Assembly (NCBI GenBank): GCA_005882255.1
Contig: VBEZ01000124.1
Span: 1,126 to 65,125 of the forward strand
Direction: 5' to 3'
DNA from: Chloroflexota bacterium
GTDB taxonomy: Bacteria; Chloroflexota; Limnocylindria; P2-11E
Length of the DNA: 64,000 bases
Shown: in pieces, positions 34,625 through 43,928 of the stretch
Numbering within the stretch: the first letter of the stretch is position 1
Layout: every line of letters begins with the position of its first letter
Translations under genes and position numbers: made by a program
The notes under the pieces: generated by a model
What the model was told of the DNA's origin: nothing
Seen by the model: only the letters and a program-made list of their open reading frames with translations
Databases searched by the model: none

Positions 34625-35689
34625 TTACGAAGACGACTTGATCTCTACGTCGTGAAGACCGATGAGGTACTGAACCCCGCCGACCTGTAGACGAAGAATC
34701 ACGCTTACGCGCGTACCGGGATCCCACTTCGGTCCGTCGAACGCCACGACTTCCATCGCATTGGCGGGAGTTCCGGCCGTCGGCGCCCGACGCACCTCGA
34801 TGACTCCTGTATCCCAAACCGCAGAGGGAGCCGGGGATGATGCGGGAGTCGGGTTCGATGGACTCGAAGTGACCACCCAGCTCGAGTTAAAGACCCAAAC
34901 ATGGTCAGCCGTGATCGACGCCGGGAACGTACTGCCATCCTCCGAGGCGAGCATCAGACTGGCCATGAGCGGCCGGCCGCCTGGTGGAGTCACAGGCATG
35001 AAGTCGCGCCACAGGTCCGCGGTTAGGCGGTAGGTGTGCCCGCCGATGCTGACGCGGTCCGGGCATTGAGCCGGCAAGACGCCGAGCGCGCGAATGAGCG
35101 CGTCGGCCGTCCGCGTGTCGTACGCCCTTACGAAATAGTCCGCGCTGACGAAAACTGCACCTCCTGCGCCCTTCACGAACGGCGCGTTCTTCACCAATAC
35201 GACGTCGGCACCTTGCCCGAAGCCGCCCGAGACAGGCCCCGGAGTGACGATGAAGGCACGGGCGGGAAGCAGCACTCCCAGCGCGCCTTCCTCCACCGAC
35301 GCACCGATCGTTTGCACGGGCATGCCTGCCGCGCTGAGAGCGTCGACTATCGCGCCCTCCCAGGGCAGCGGGTCGAGATTCGCGGGATCATGCACTGGAC
35401 GGCTCGCGGACGGTGTGGCCTGCGCGCCCGGGGCCGTGCCGCTTGGCGCTGTCGCAGAAGCAGTAGGCGAGGGCAGCGACGCGACACCGCTTCGCGCTTC
35501 ATTGATGGCACGGCCAATGCCGAGCGCGCTTGCGATCACGAGAAGCACAACCGCGCCCGTACCGAGGAGCGGCAGCAACATGACCCGACGCGGCCGAGGA
35601 GCGTCGCGCGGTGGGACGCTGATCTGCGCCGCGGCACGTTCAACGAAATGCGCCAAGATGGGATCGCGACCAGGATCAGTCGGTTGCAT
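34625..35689 (-). CDS. single-pass membrane protein downstream of the ECF sigma factor (possible anti-sigma or sensor partner)
   Basis: The ATG at 35689 overlaps the sigma-gene end by 14 nt. Short cytoplasmic N-terminus, TM segment (VMLLPLLGTGAVVLLVIASAL), then a ~280-aa extracytoplasmic domain of unknown family. Confidence 0.55.
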   Translation of the reverse strand: MQPTDPGRDPILAHFVERAAAQISVPPRDAPRPRRVMLLPLLGTGAVVLLVIASALGIGRAINEARSGVASLPSPTASATAPSGTAPGAQATPSASRPVHDPANLDPLPWEGAIVDALSAAGMPVQTIGASVEEGALGVLLPARAFIVTPGPVSGGFGQGADVVLVKNAPFVKGAGGAVFVSADYFVRAYDTRTADALIRALGVLPAQCPDRVSIGGHTYRLTADLWRDFMPVTPPGGRPLMASLMLASEDGSTFPASITADHVWVFNSSWVVTSSPSNPTPASSPAPSAVWDTGVIEVRRAPTAGTPANAMEVVAFDGPKWDPGTRVSVILRLQVGGVQYLIGLHDVEIKSSS

Positions 35690-36137
35690 CAAGACGCTCT
35701 CGCAGCTTCTTCGTTGCTTGGGCGCTGGTCGCTGCCACCGTCCCAACTGCGATCCCCAACGAATCGGCGGTCTCGTGCTGAGATAGGCCGACGATGTAGC
35801 GAGCGACTATCACTTCGCGCTGGCGCCGTGGTAGCCGCCGCAGTTCGCTGATGAGAGTCACCGCATCCACTCCTGGCGGCGGTACCTCGCCGAGTGACCG
35901 GTCGCCGAGCGTGACGAAGAGCCGGTTGCGCCAGCGGGCTGTCCTCCACCGACGCAGGGCGACCACGAATAGCCACCCGTCTGGCCGAGACACCGTCGTT
36001 TGTTGCTTCAGTGCGCGCTCCCAGGCATCTTGCAGGGCGTCGGCGGCATCGGCCGGTGCTGCGCCCATCGCGATGAGCGACCGATATACCTTTGGATAAG
36101 CCTGTTCGCATGCTCGCAGCCAGTCCTCTCGGCTCAC
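35676..36137 (-). CDS. ECF-type RNA polymerase sigma-70 family factor
   Basis: Region 2 (DAADALQDAWERAL, DGWLFVVALR) and region 4 (LPRRQREVIVARYIVGLSQHETADSLGIAVGTV). The GTG start is preceded by AAGGAGG. Confidence 0.85.
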   Translation of the reverse strand: MSREDWLRACEQAYPKVYRSLIAMGAAPADAADALQDAWERALKQQTTVSRPDGWLFVVALRRWRTARWRNRLFVTLGDRSLGEVPPPGVDAVTLISELRRLPRRQREVIVARYIVGLSQHETADSLGIAVGTVAATSAQATKKLRERLDATD

Positions 36138-36297
36138 GGGCCTCCTTAATGGGTCTCCTTAGAGAAGACCCGCGGCCATCCTCGCGCGTTTAGTCAGCCG
36201 AGAGGAATTCCGTGCGTGGAAAGGTCCGCGGCGAAAGCATCTCGGGGCAGCCTCCCTAACTCTGTATCGCCTGACCAGAAGGTCTCGGCGCCCGCGG

Positions 36298-37518
36298 TCA
36301 AATGGCGACAGCGGACGGTCGCCTCAGCTGGCGCCAGGCGAGGAGCCCGGTCACGCCGACCAGGGGCATCACAGCGGACACGACGAAGACGGTCCCGAAC
36401 CCGGATACCGAAGCGATCTGGCCCGAGACGAACGAACCGGTGATGACGCCGAAGTCGGTGAAGGCCCAGAACGTCGCCATCGCGGCGCCTCGCTCCGCCG
36501 GCTCGGCGAGATCGATCGCGAGCGCCTGAAGCGCGGGCTGGGCCGTCGCGAAGCCGATACCGACCGCCACGCCGGCGAGGATGAACGTCTCGGCGCTGGC
36601 GGCGCTCGACACGATGTACATGCCGACCGCGGTCACGATCATGCCCGGCACGATCGCGGCGAAGCGGCCGCGCCGGTCGGCGATCCTCCCCGTGAGCAGC
36701 CGCGCGACGATCGATGAGATCGCGACGGCGGTGAAGTAGAGGCCGGGGTTGGCGACGCCGCGGGAGATGCCGAGCAGCGGGATGAAGCTGAACGCGGCGC
36801 CGTTGCCCACGATCACCGCGTACTGCGCCAGCGACGGCGCGAGGACGCCGCGGTGGAGCCGGAACCCGATCCTCATCGGCGTCGCGCTCTCCGGACGCCT
36901 CCCTTCGTGCAGACCCAGCGACAGGAGTGCGGCAACGACCGTCGCGACCGCGGCGATCGCGTACAGCGCACCGAAGCCCACGCCGTCGACGATGACGATG
37001 CTGACCCCCGCACCGAAGCCCTGCGCGAGACCTTGGAGCACGCCGTAGTAGCCGACAGCCTCGGCGCGCCGCGATATCGGCACCGTGTACGCGATGTACG
37101 TGCTGGCCGCGGTGGAGAACGTGCTGAGCGCGACGCCGCTGAGCATCGACGCAAGGACGAGAAGGATCGGGACGCCACCGCCGACGGGGATGGCCACGCG
37201 GTTCGACATGGAGAGGATGAAGAGGGCGCACGAGACGACCATGATCGCGGCGCCGCCGAATGCGAAGGCCCGCGAGCCGTACCGGTCGCTCCAGGAGCCG
37301 ACTGGGAAACGGGCCACGAGCGCGCAAGTCGCCTGGATCCCGATGACCGCGCCAACGACCTGCGGACCCAGACCGAATTCGCGCACGACGAGCAGCCCGA
37401 TGGAGGTGTTCACGAGCATCAGGCAGGACGCTTGCGCGAGCGTGGCGAGGCCGACGAGCACGAAACCGAGCGTGAAGATGCGGTCGGGGCTCTGCGCAGT
37501 GAGAGTTCGCGAGATCAA
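36298..37518 (-). CDS. MFS transporter
   Basis: 406 aa with ~12 TM helices and the loop motif GSWSDRYGSR. The TTG start overlaps the upstream stop. Confidence 0.85.
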   Translation of the reverse strand: MISRTLTAQSPDRIFTLGFVLVGLATLAQASCLMLVNTSIGLLVVREFGLGPQVVGAVIGIQATCALVARFPVGSWSDRYGSRAFAFGGAAIMVVSCALFILSMSNRVAIPVGGGVPILLVLASMLSGVALSTFSTAASTYIAYTVPISRRAEAVGYYGVLQGLAQGFGAGVSIVIVDGVGFGALYAIAAVATVVAALLSLGLHEGRRPESATPMRIGFRLHRGVLAPSLAQYAVIVGNGAAFSFIPLLGISRGVANPGLYFTAVAISSIVARLLTGRIADRRGRFAAIVPGMIVTAVGMYIVSSAASAETFILAGVAVGIGFATAQPALQALAIDLAEPAERGAAMATFWAFTDFGVITGSFVSGQIASVSGFGTVFVVSAVMPLVGVTGLLAWRQLRRPSAVAI

Positions 37519-38651
37519 CTGAGCCTTTGACGCTCACCCGTCGCCGCTGCCATCTCGATCGCGTTCAGCAGGCGATGGCGCGTGACCGCGTCTTCGAAGG
37601 TCGGGCAGAGGTGCGTTCCCTCGCGGTAGTCGCGCGCGAAGCGCGCGTACGCCTGGGCGACGTTCGTGCCGAGACCGGGTTGCGGCGGGGCCCACCGATA
37701 CTCCGCTGGCACGCGGAGGGTCTCGAGCGATGACTGCGCCCCCTTGCCGCCGCGAACGGTCAGCTCGAAGAGCTGGGCCTGGCCGCCGTCGGCGGTGAGC
37801 TGCAGATCGCCTTCGGTGCCGTTGATCTCCCAGAGCAGGTTGGTGCCGCGCGAGATCCCGCCGCGGTAATGGATCGAGAAGGCGGCCCCGCCCTCGAGCA
37901 GTCCGCTGACGGCCACCTGATCATCCGCCGCCATCGGCTTGCGTTCGCCGGTCCCAGCGACCGTGAAGGACTTCCGGCGCATCGTCATGGTGGCCGAGAG
38001 CTCTTGGACCTCGCCGAGGCAGTGACAAAGCGCGTCCGCCGCGTGGCCGAGCGCGATCGACAGCATCGTCGCGCCGTTCTTCCTGTCGTTGAGGTAGACG
38101 TTGAACGGCTCGACCGTCGGTCCCCAGCCCATGCCCGAACCGACGAGCGTCGTCGAGAGCACCTCACCGACGTAGCCCTGCTTGATGAGGTCCCGTACGT
38201 ACGCCACGGCCGGCGCGGAGCGCGCCTGCAGACCAGCCACCGCGAGTACGCCTTTTCTCTTCGCCAGCGCGGCCAGGGTCTCCGCCTCTTTCAAGCCGTT
38301 GCCCAGCGGCCATTCGCAGTACACGGCCTTGCCCGCCACGAGCGCCGCGCTCGCGAGCTCGAGGTGATGGGGCACTTTCACAGTCACGGCGACGACATCC
38401 ACGGTCGGGCTGTTCACGAGCTCTTGATGGTTGTCGAACGCGGCAGGGATGCCGAAGAGCTTGCCGGCGGCGTCAGCAGATCCGCGTCGCGTCGTCGAGA
38501 GCGCCGTGATCTCGAAATCGTCCCGCAGCGACTTGAGCGCGGGAATATGTGCCTGCGCCGCCCATCCGCGGTCCGGATTGGCGCCGATGATGCCCACGCG
38601 GATCCTCTTGGCTCGGCCGTTGCTCGTCTCCATCGGGCCGTGACCGCTCAC
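37515..38651 (-). CDS. Gfo/Idh/MocA-family oxidoreductase
   Basis: Rossmann N-terminus (IRVGIIGANPDRGWAAQAHIPAL) and motif CEWPL. Confidence 0.85.
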   Translation of the reverse strand: MSGHGPMETSNGRAKRIRVGIIGANPDRGWAAQAHIPALKSLRDDFEITALSTTRRGSADAAGKLFGIPAAFDNHQELVNSPTVDVVAVTVKVPHHLELASAALVAGKAVYCEWPLGNGLKEAETLAALAKRKGVLAVAGLQARSAPAVAYVRDLIKQGYVGEVLSTTLVGSGMGWGPTVEPFNVYLNDRKNGATMLSIALGHAADALCHCLGEVQELSATMTMRRKSFTVAGTGERKPMAADDQVAVSGLLEGGAAFSIHYRGGISRGTNLLWEINGTEGDLQLTADGGQAQLFELTVRGGKGAQSSLETLRVPAEYRWAPPQPGLGTNVAQAYARFARDYREGTHLCPTFEDAVTRHRLLNAIEMAAATGERQRLS

Positions 38652-39190
38652 GCGACGGTGGCTACTTCAGCGGCCTTGATCACTTCGACTTCGAGCGCGA
38701 GCTTGACCTCCTCGCTCACGAGCAGGCCGCCGGTTTCGAGTGCGACGTTCCAGGTCAGTCCCCAATCCTTGCGGTTGATGGCCGCATTGGCGCTGAAACC
38801 CGCATGCATGCTGCCCATCGGGTCCTTCGCCTGACCGGAATACACGACGTCCAGCGTGACCGGCCGAGCTACGTTCCGGATGGTGAGGTCGCCCGTCATC
38901 TTGTAGTGGTCGTGCGCCGCGCGCTCGATGCGGGTACTCCTGAAAGCGATGGTCGGGAACTGCTCGACGTTCAGGAAGTCTGGGGACTTCAGGTGCGCGT
39001 CGCGACGCGCGTCGTTGGTGATCAAGGAGTGGGCATCGATCGTTGCTTCCACCGAAGAGGCGGTGAAGTCGTCCTCGCTCAGATCGATCGACACTCGCAC
39101 GCCGGTGAAATGCCCCTTCACGGTCATCAGGCCCATGTGCTTGGCTGAAAACTCAACCTGGGTGTGCATCGGATCGACTGTCCAGCTCAT
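38648..39190 (-). CDS. YceI-family polyisoprenoid-binding protein
   Basis: The ATG at 39190 is preceded by AGGAGG. Motifs WTVDPMHTQVEFSAKHMGLMTVKGHF and RRDAHLKSPDFL. Confidence 0.85.
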   Translation of the reverse strand: MSWTVDPMHTQVEFSAKHMGLMTVKGHFTGVRVSIDLSEDDFTASSVEATIDAHSLITNDARRDAHLKSPDFLNVEQFPTIAFRSTRIERAAHDHYKMTGDLTIRNVARPVTLDVVYSGQAKDPMGSMHAGFSANAAINRKDWGLTWNVALETGGLLVSEEVKLALEVEVIKAAEVATVA

Positions 39191-39312
39191 GTCTGTCCTC
39201 CTGGATAGCTCCATAAATGGTGCGGACACAATAGTTGTTATGAGTACTATCGTCAAGCGTAAGGATCATTTGGGAACTGTCCGCAGCACAAACAATGGTT
39301 TAGGTTTGGGCG

Positions 39313-39864
39313 GTGAAGGTGGTCAGCCGGAAAGTCGCGACGGGCTCAGCGGGCAAACCCTCCCCGAGGCCGCATGCCAAGGATGCGGATGTTTCGGAGG
39401 TCGGTCGGAGGCTCCTAACCGTCTCGCGGCTGAATGCCTGGGGCGCGTTCCTCACGGCGCACAAGGCGCTGGAAACCATTCTCAGTCGGGAGCTCGAATC
39501 GGCCTGTGGGCTGCCGCTCACTTGGTTCGATGCACTCGCCCAACTGCGTATGGCACCTGCCCAGCGCCTCACCATGACTCAACTCGCTAGCGCCCTCCTG
39601 TTCAGCAAGAGCGGGCTGACGAGGCTCATCGACCGCATGGAGGAGGCCGGGTTGGTCAAGCGACTCGCCCGCCCAGGCGATCGGCGGAGTTTGCACATCG
39701 CGCTGGCGGACGCGGGCGAAAAGAAGTACCGGCAGGCACTACCGATCCACCTGGACCACGTCAAACGCCACTTCGCGGCATACATCGACGACGGCGAAGC
39801 TGCCGCGGTCGAGTCGGCGCTGATGCGCATGGCCAATGCCGTCCGTCGAGAAAGCGGCCTTTGA
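39313..39864 (+). CDS. MarR-family transcriptional regulator
   Basis: Winged HTH (LTMTQLASALLFSKSGLTRLIDRMEEAGLVKRLARPGDRRSLHIALADAG). Divergent from the YceI gene. Confidence 0.85.
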   Translation: MKVVSRKVATGSAGKPSPRPHAKDADVSEVGRRLLTVSRLNAWGAFLTAHKALETILSRELESACGLPLTWFDALAQLRMAPAQRLTMTQLASALLFSKSGLTRLIDRMEEAGLVKRLARPGDRRSLHIALADAGEKKYRQALPIHLDHVKRHFAAYIDDGEAAAVESALMRMANAVRRESGL

Positions 39865-40019
39865 CGGAGAAGACACGCTTAGCACGAAACCGCAACTCCA
39901 AGTCGTAGGCCGTTTGCCGCGCCTGCGGTCGCGGATCTCGGTCATGCCATTTTGTCGATTCCGACCCCCGGTCTTCGTCGGTATCGTGCAGCCGCAAAGA
40001 GGCTGGCCGGAGGTTCGCA

Positions 40020-40364
40020 GTGCTGTACATGCTCACCTTCTACGCGGTCGAGGATGAATGGATGGCGCTGGCGGAAGACGAGCGGCGCGCCGGTATCGCC
40101 GAGATCGGGCAGTGGTTCGCGGAGCACGCGCGAGCGGGCAAGATCGTCGAAGGCCGACGCCTCGGTCGGGGCACGAAGACGATCCGGCTTGGGCGGGTGC
40201 GCAAGAAGGACCTGCCGCTCGTCAGCGACGGCCCATTCATCGAGGCCAAGGAGAGCGTAGGCAGCTACGCGATCGTGCAGGTCGAGAGCGAGGACGACGC
40301 CATCGCGATCGCGAAGCGCTGGCCGGCCGGTGGGGCCGTCGAGGTGCGCCCGGTCGCTGAGTAG
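40020..40364 (+). CDS. YCII-related (DGPF) domain protein
   Basis: Motif SDGPFIEAKESVGSYAIVQVESEDDAIAIAKRWP. The GTG start is preceded by GGAGG. Confidence 0.8.
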   Translation: MLYMLTFYAVEDEWMALAEDERRAGIAEIGQWFAEHARAGKIVEGRRLGRGTKTIRLGRVRKKDLPLVSDGPFIEAKESVGSYAIVQVESEDDAIAIAKRWPAGGAVEVRPVAE

Positions 40365-40395
40365 CGACGGTTCCCGCGACCGTCGGCGATCTCCC

Positions 40396-41406
40396 TCAGC
40401 TCACATTGATGACGACTTTGGCCCGGGCTTGACCGCTTCCCAGGTATCGGATCGCTTCGGGTACCTCGCTGAGGGTGTACTCCCGGTCGATCACCGGGCG
40501 TAGCTTTCCGGCCTCGACGAGCTCCTTCAATACGACCAGATCCTCATAGGTCACAGCGGCCAGGAGCGTTACGAGCCACGGGCTCAGTCCCGTGCGCGAC
40601 CGAGCGAGCGACATCAGCGAACGTGACAGCACGCCGAACCAGCTCTTCTTCGCCGCGCCGGCCAGGACGACCCTCCCATTCGGGGTCAGGACGCGCCTGA
40701 GGTCCGCGAACGAGCGGTTCGCGGCGACGTCGAACACCACGTCGTACCGCTGCCCGCGCCGCGTGAAGTCCTCCTGCGTGTAATCGATGACCTCGTCGGG
40801 GCCGATCGAGCGAACGAGGTCCAGGTTCCGCGTGCTTGTCACCGCGGTGACGTGCGCGCCGAGCGCCCTGGCGATCTGCACCGCGAAGGTGCCCACGCCG
40901 CCACCCGCGCCGTAGATCACGACGCGCTGCCCCGGCCTCACCTGGCCTCGGTCACGCAGACCCTGCAGCGCCGTCACGCCCGCGACGCCGATGGCCGCTG
41001 CCTGCGCGAACGTGAGCTCGCGAGGCATCGGCACCAAGCGGTCTTCGCGCGCGCTCGCGTACTCCGCGAAACTGCCTCTGGCGGTGCCGAACACCAGGTC
41101 GCCGGGCCGCAGTCGCGTGACGTCCTTGCCGACCGCCTCCACCTGCCCGGCGACGTCCACGCCCCGAACGGGGATCGTCGGCTGGCGCAAGAGGAACGCG
41201 ATGGCGCGGACCAATCGTCCGCCATGCACCTGATGCCAGTCGAGCGCATTCACCGAGGCCGCGCGGACCCTCAACAGCACGCGGTCGTCAGCGGGGATCG
41301 GCGTGTCGACGTCCCGAAGCCGCAACACTTCCTCTGAGCCGGACCGATCCTGGACGATCGCTTTCATCGTCCGCGTGGGATGCACCGCCACGGGGGATTC
41401 CACCAT
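40396..41406 (-). CDS. NAD(P)-dependent medium-chain dehydrogenase/quinone oxidoreductase
   Basis: Motifs MKAIVQDR, NALDWH and YGAGGGVGTFAVQIARALGAHVTAV. The ATG at 41406 is preceded by GGGAGGG. Confidence 0.85.
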   Translation of the reverse strand: MVESPVAVHPTRTMKAIVQDRSGSEEVLRLRDVDTPIPADDRVLLRVRAASVNALDWHQVHGGRLVRAIAFLLRQPTIPVRGVDVAGQVEAVGKDVTRLRPGDLVFGTARGSFAEYASAREDRLVPMPRELTFAQAAAIGVAGVTALQGLRDRGQVRPGQRVVIYGAGGGVGTFAVQIARALGAHVTAVTSTRNLDLVRSIGPDEVIDYTQEDFTRRGQRYDVVFDVAANRSFADLRRVLTPNGRVVLAGAAKKSWFGVLSRSLMSLARSRTGLSPWLVTLLAAVTYEDLVVLKELVEAGKLRPVIDREYTLSEVPEAIRYLGSGQARAKVVINVS

Positions 41407-41496
41407 GTTGCCCTCCCTGCTTCGACGGCAGCGTGGCACCGGGGTGTGAAGGAGTTATGAAGTTGCGAGGCCGTCGTCCGCCAAAATGGCTTTGGA

Positions 41497-42180
41497 GTGG
41501 ATAGAGCCGAAGCTGGCCGACGCGTTTCGGCGTCGCTCGCGCCCGGACGTTGCCGGTTCTGTTTGCGCGACGACGTAGCGCTGACGCGCGAGCACGTGTT
41601 CGCGCGCTGGCTCGTCGAACGCCTCGGCGCATGGCGTGCAACGCATACGGCCCGAATTCGGGCCGACGCGGCGGCGGACGCACGGCTCGCCCGCCTCGTG
41701 ACGAACGTCTGTGGCACGTGCAACGCCGGATGGATGAGCGCGCTGGAGGACAGTTTCCGTCGCGCCGTCTTCGCTCGGTCGCGCCCTGAACACATGTCCG
41801 AGCCGACGCGTCGAACGCTCAGTCGTTGGTTCACCAAGACCGCGATGCTCGTGGCTGACGCGGCAGACCAGGAACTGGTGCCGGTGGACGCTTGGCCGGA
41901 GCTGACCGACGCGATGCCCGGCGGGATCCGCGTCGGTCTTGCGCGTCTCCGTCGCCCGCGGCAGCCGCTGGATCTCGAGATCGAGTACGAGGCCGATGGG
42001 GATCGTCGAGCCGCGCGGCTCACCGCCGTCGCTCTGCAGGTCGACGACCTGGTCGGTCTGGTCACCCGACGGTCGTCGGTAACGCCGGCAACCACGCTGT
42101 GGCCGATCCGCTCTCACGTCCTGCGCTGGACGACCCTTCCGGTCGTGAACCGGCTATCCGATCTGATGATCGGGTTGTGA
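41497..42180 (+). CDS. HNH-motif (CxxC...EH...CxxCN) protein with an uncharacterised C-terminal domain
   Basis: CRFCLRDDVALTREHVFARWL...VCGTCNAGWMS resembles the HNH_5-type pattern C..C....(S/T).EH..P..L....C..CN. The start is uncertain. Confidence 0.5.
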   Translation: MDRAEAGRRVSASLAPGRCRFCLRDDVALTREHVFARWLVERLGAWRATHTARIRADAAADARLARLVTNVCGTCNAGWMSALEDSFRRAVFARSRPEHMSEPTRRTLSRWFTKTAMLVADAADQELVPVDAWPELTDAMPGGIRVGLARLRRPRQPLDLEIEYEADGDRRAARLTAVALQVDDLVGLVTRRSSVTPATTLWPIRSHVLRWTTLPVVNRLSDLMIGL

Positions 42181-42254
42181 AGCCCGACCGTCAGCGATCG
42201 TCTCGCTCCATGAGCGAAGGACGACGCGACCGCGCCACCGCATAATTCGACCTG

Positions 42255-42377
42255 GTGAGCTTCTTCTCGAGCGATGACCCTGAACGGCAGGCCAACATCG
42301 CCTTCATCCTCATCTTCCTTGGCATCATCTTCGTCGGCGGGTTGACGATCTGGCTCTTCTACGGAGCGAGCTTCTAG
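42255..42377 (+). CDS. possible 40-aa single-helix membrane peptide
   Basis: It reads GTG...TAG and encodes VSFFSSDDPERQANIAFILIFLGIIFVGGLTIWLFYGASF, below the 60-aa cutoff of the ORF track. Third positions are nearly all G/C, unlike the antisense ORF 42114..42428. Confidence 0.3.
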   Translation: MSFFSSDDPERQANIAFILIFLGIIFVGGLTIWLFYGASF

Positions 42378-42413
42378 CCGCCGACCGCGCGCGACGCAGT
42401 AAGGGGGCAAGCC

Positions 42414-43916
42414 ATGGCCACGACACATCTGAAGAACTACATCGACGGCCGCTGGGTCGATTCGTCCTCGGGAGACGCCTTCGAGGACACCGATCCTGCG
42501 AACGGCGACATTATCGCGACCGCGACGAAATCAACGACCGCCGACGTCGACAAGGCCGTCGAGTCCGCGCGGCGGGCGTACGACAGCTGGCGGCTCTTCC
42601 CGGCTCCGAAGCGAGGCGAGATCCTCTACCGCGCCGGCGCGATCATGCTCGACCGCAAGGACGACCTCGCGCGCGAGATGACGCTCGAGATGGGCAAGGT
42701 GCTGGCGGAATCCAAAGGCGATGTCCAAGAGGGCATCGACATGACCTATTACATCGCCGGCGAAGGCCGCCGCCAGTTCGGCGATGTCGTTCCCGCCGAA
42801 TTGCCGAGCAAGTGGGCCATGAGCATGCGCAACCCGCACGGCGTCATCGCCGCGATCACGCCCTGGAACTTCCCGTTCGCGATCCCGACCTGGAAGATCA
42901 TGCCCGCGCTCATCCTCGGCAACACCGTCGTCTTCAAGCCCGCGTCGTACACGCCGATGCTGGCGGTGCGGCTCGTCGAGATCCTCGAGGAAGCCGGCCT
43001 TCCAAAGGGCGTGCTCAACCTCGTGCTCGGGCCCGGCGGCGCGCTCGGCGATCATCTGGTGCAGCATCCAAGCGTCGACCTCATCTCGTTCACGGGATCG
43101 AGCGACACCGGCGCGCACATCAGCGAGATCGCCGGCCGCCTGCTGAAGCGTGTCTCGGCCGAGCTTGGTGGCAAGAACGCGATCGTGGTCCTCGACGACG
43201 CCGACGTCGATCTCGCGCTTGACGGCATCGTGTGGTCCGCGTTCGGGACGTCGGGTCAGCGCTGCACCGCCGCCTCGCGCGTCATCGCGCATCACGGCGT
43301 CGCGAACGATCTCATCGACAAGCTCGTCGGCCGCGCGAAGAAGCTGCGGCTCGGACACGGCCTGGAATCGACGACGGACGTGGGACCGGTCGTGTCGAAG
43401 GCGGCGCAGGACAAGGTCGCGAGCTACATGCCGATCGCGGAGAAGGAAGGCGCGACGATCGCCGCCGGCGGTCGCGTCCCGACCGAGGGCGCTCTCGCAA
43501 AGGGATTCTTCCACGAGCCGACGGTGCTGGTCGACGTGAAGCCGAACATGCGCGTCGCTCAGGAGGAGATCTTCGGGCCCGTGACCTCGGTCATCGAGGT
43601 CAAGAGCGTCGACGAGGCCGTCAAGGTGCTCAACAACACCAAATACGGCCTCTCGTCATCGGTGTACACGCGCAACATCAACAGCGCCTTCCGCTTCATG
43701 CGCGACGCCGAGACGGGGATCGTGTACGTGAACGCGGGCACGATCGGCGCGGAGATCCAGCTGCCGTTCGGCGGTATGAAGTCCACCGGGAACGGGCACC
43801 GCGAGGCAGGCCGCGCCGCACTCGACGTGTACTCGGAGTGGAAGTCGATCTACGTCGACTACTCGGGCAAGCTCCAGCGCGCGCAGATGGACGCCGACGG
43901 GGGCAAGGCGCCTTAA
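42414..43916 (+). CDS. NAD(P)+-dependent aldehyde dehydrogenase
   Basis: Motifs FTGSSDTGAHI, ELGGKNAIVV, GQRCTAASRV and EEIFGPV. Confidence 0.9.
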   Translation: MATTHLKNYIDGRWVDSSSGDAFEDTDPANGDIIATATKSTTADVDKAVESARRAYDSWRLFPAPKRGEILYRAGAIMLDRKDDLAREMTLEMGKVLAESKGDVQEGIDMTYYIAGEGRRQFGDVVPAELPSKWAMSMRNPHGVIAAITPWNFPFAIPTWKIMPALILGNTVVFKPASYTPMLAVRLVEILEEAGLPKGVLNLVLGPGGALGDHLVQHPSVDLISFTGSSDTGAHISEIAGRLLKRVSAELGGKNAIVVLDDADVDLALDGIVWSAFGTSGQRCTAASRVIAHHGVANDLIDKLVGRAKKLRLGHGLESTTDVGPVVSKAAQDKVASYMPIAEKEGATIAAGGRVPTEGALAKGFFHEPTVLVDVKPNMRVAQEEIFGPVTSVIEVKSVDEAVKVLNNTKYGLSSSVYTRNINSAFRFMRDAETGIVYVNAGTIGAEIQLPFGGMKSTGNGHREAGRAALDVYSEWKSIYVDYSGKLQRAQMDADGGKAP

Positions 43917-43928
43917 GAGAGCGCGGGT

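Noticed and set aside
33960-34817. 285-aa ORF extending the cupin gene upstream across the tRNA-Ala gene.
   Set aside because: It runs antisense through a well-folded tRNA. The cupin domain begins only after an internal GTG (34325) that has a strong GGGGAGG ribosome-binding site.
34558-42413. tRNA-adjacent block (ECF sigma, MFS, oxidoreductases, YceI, MarR, YCII, HNH-like gene) considered as a genomic island or integrated element.
   Set aside because: There is no integrase, recombinase, transposase or phage gene. I found no direct repeat of the tRNA 3' end, and codon and GC character looks the same as the flanks. It is treated as ordinary accessory metabolism.
42114-42428. 104-aa minus-strand ORF in the gap before the aldehyde dehydrogenase.
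   Set aside because: Its composition is acidic and Arg-rich and not protein-like. It overlaps the aldehyde dehydrogenase start and the HNH-like gene end. The opposite strand holds a better-looking small hydrophobic ORF.
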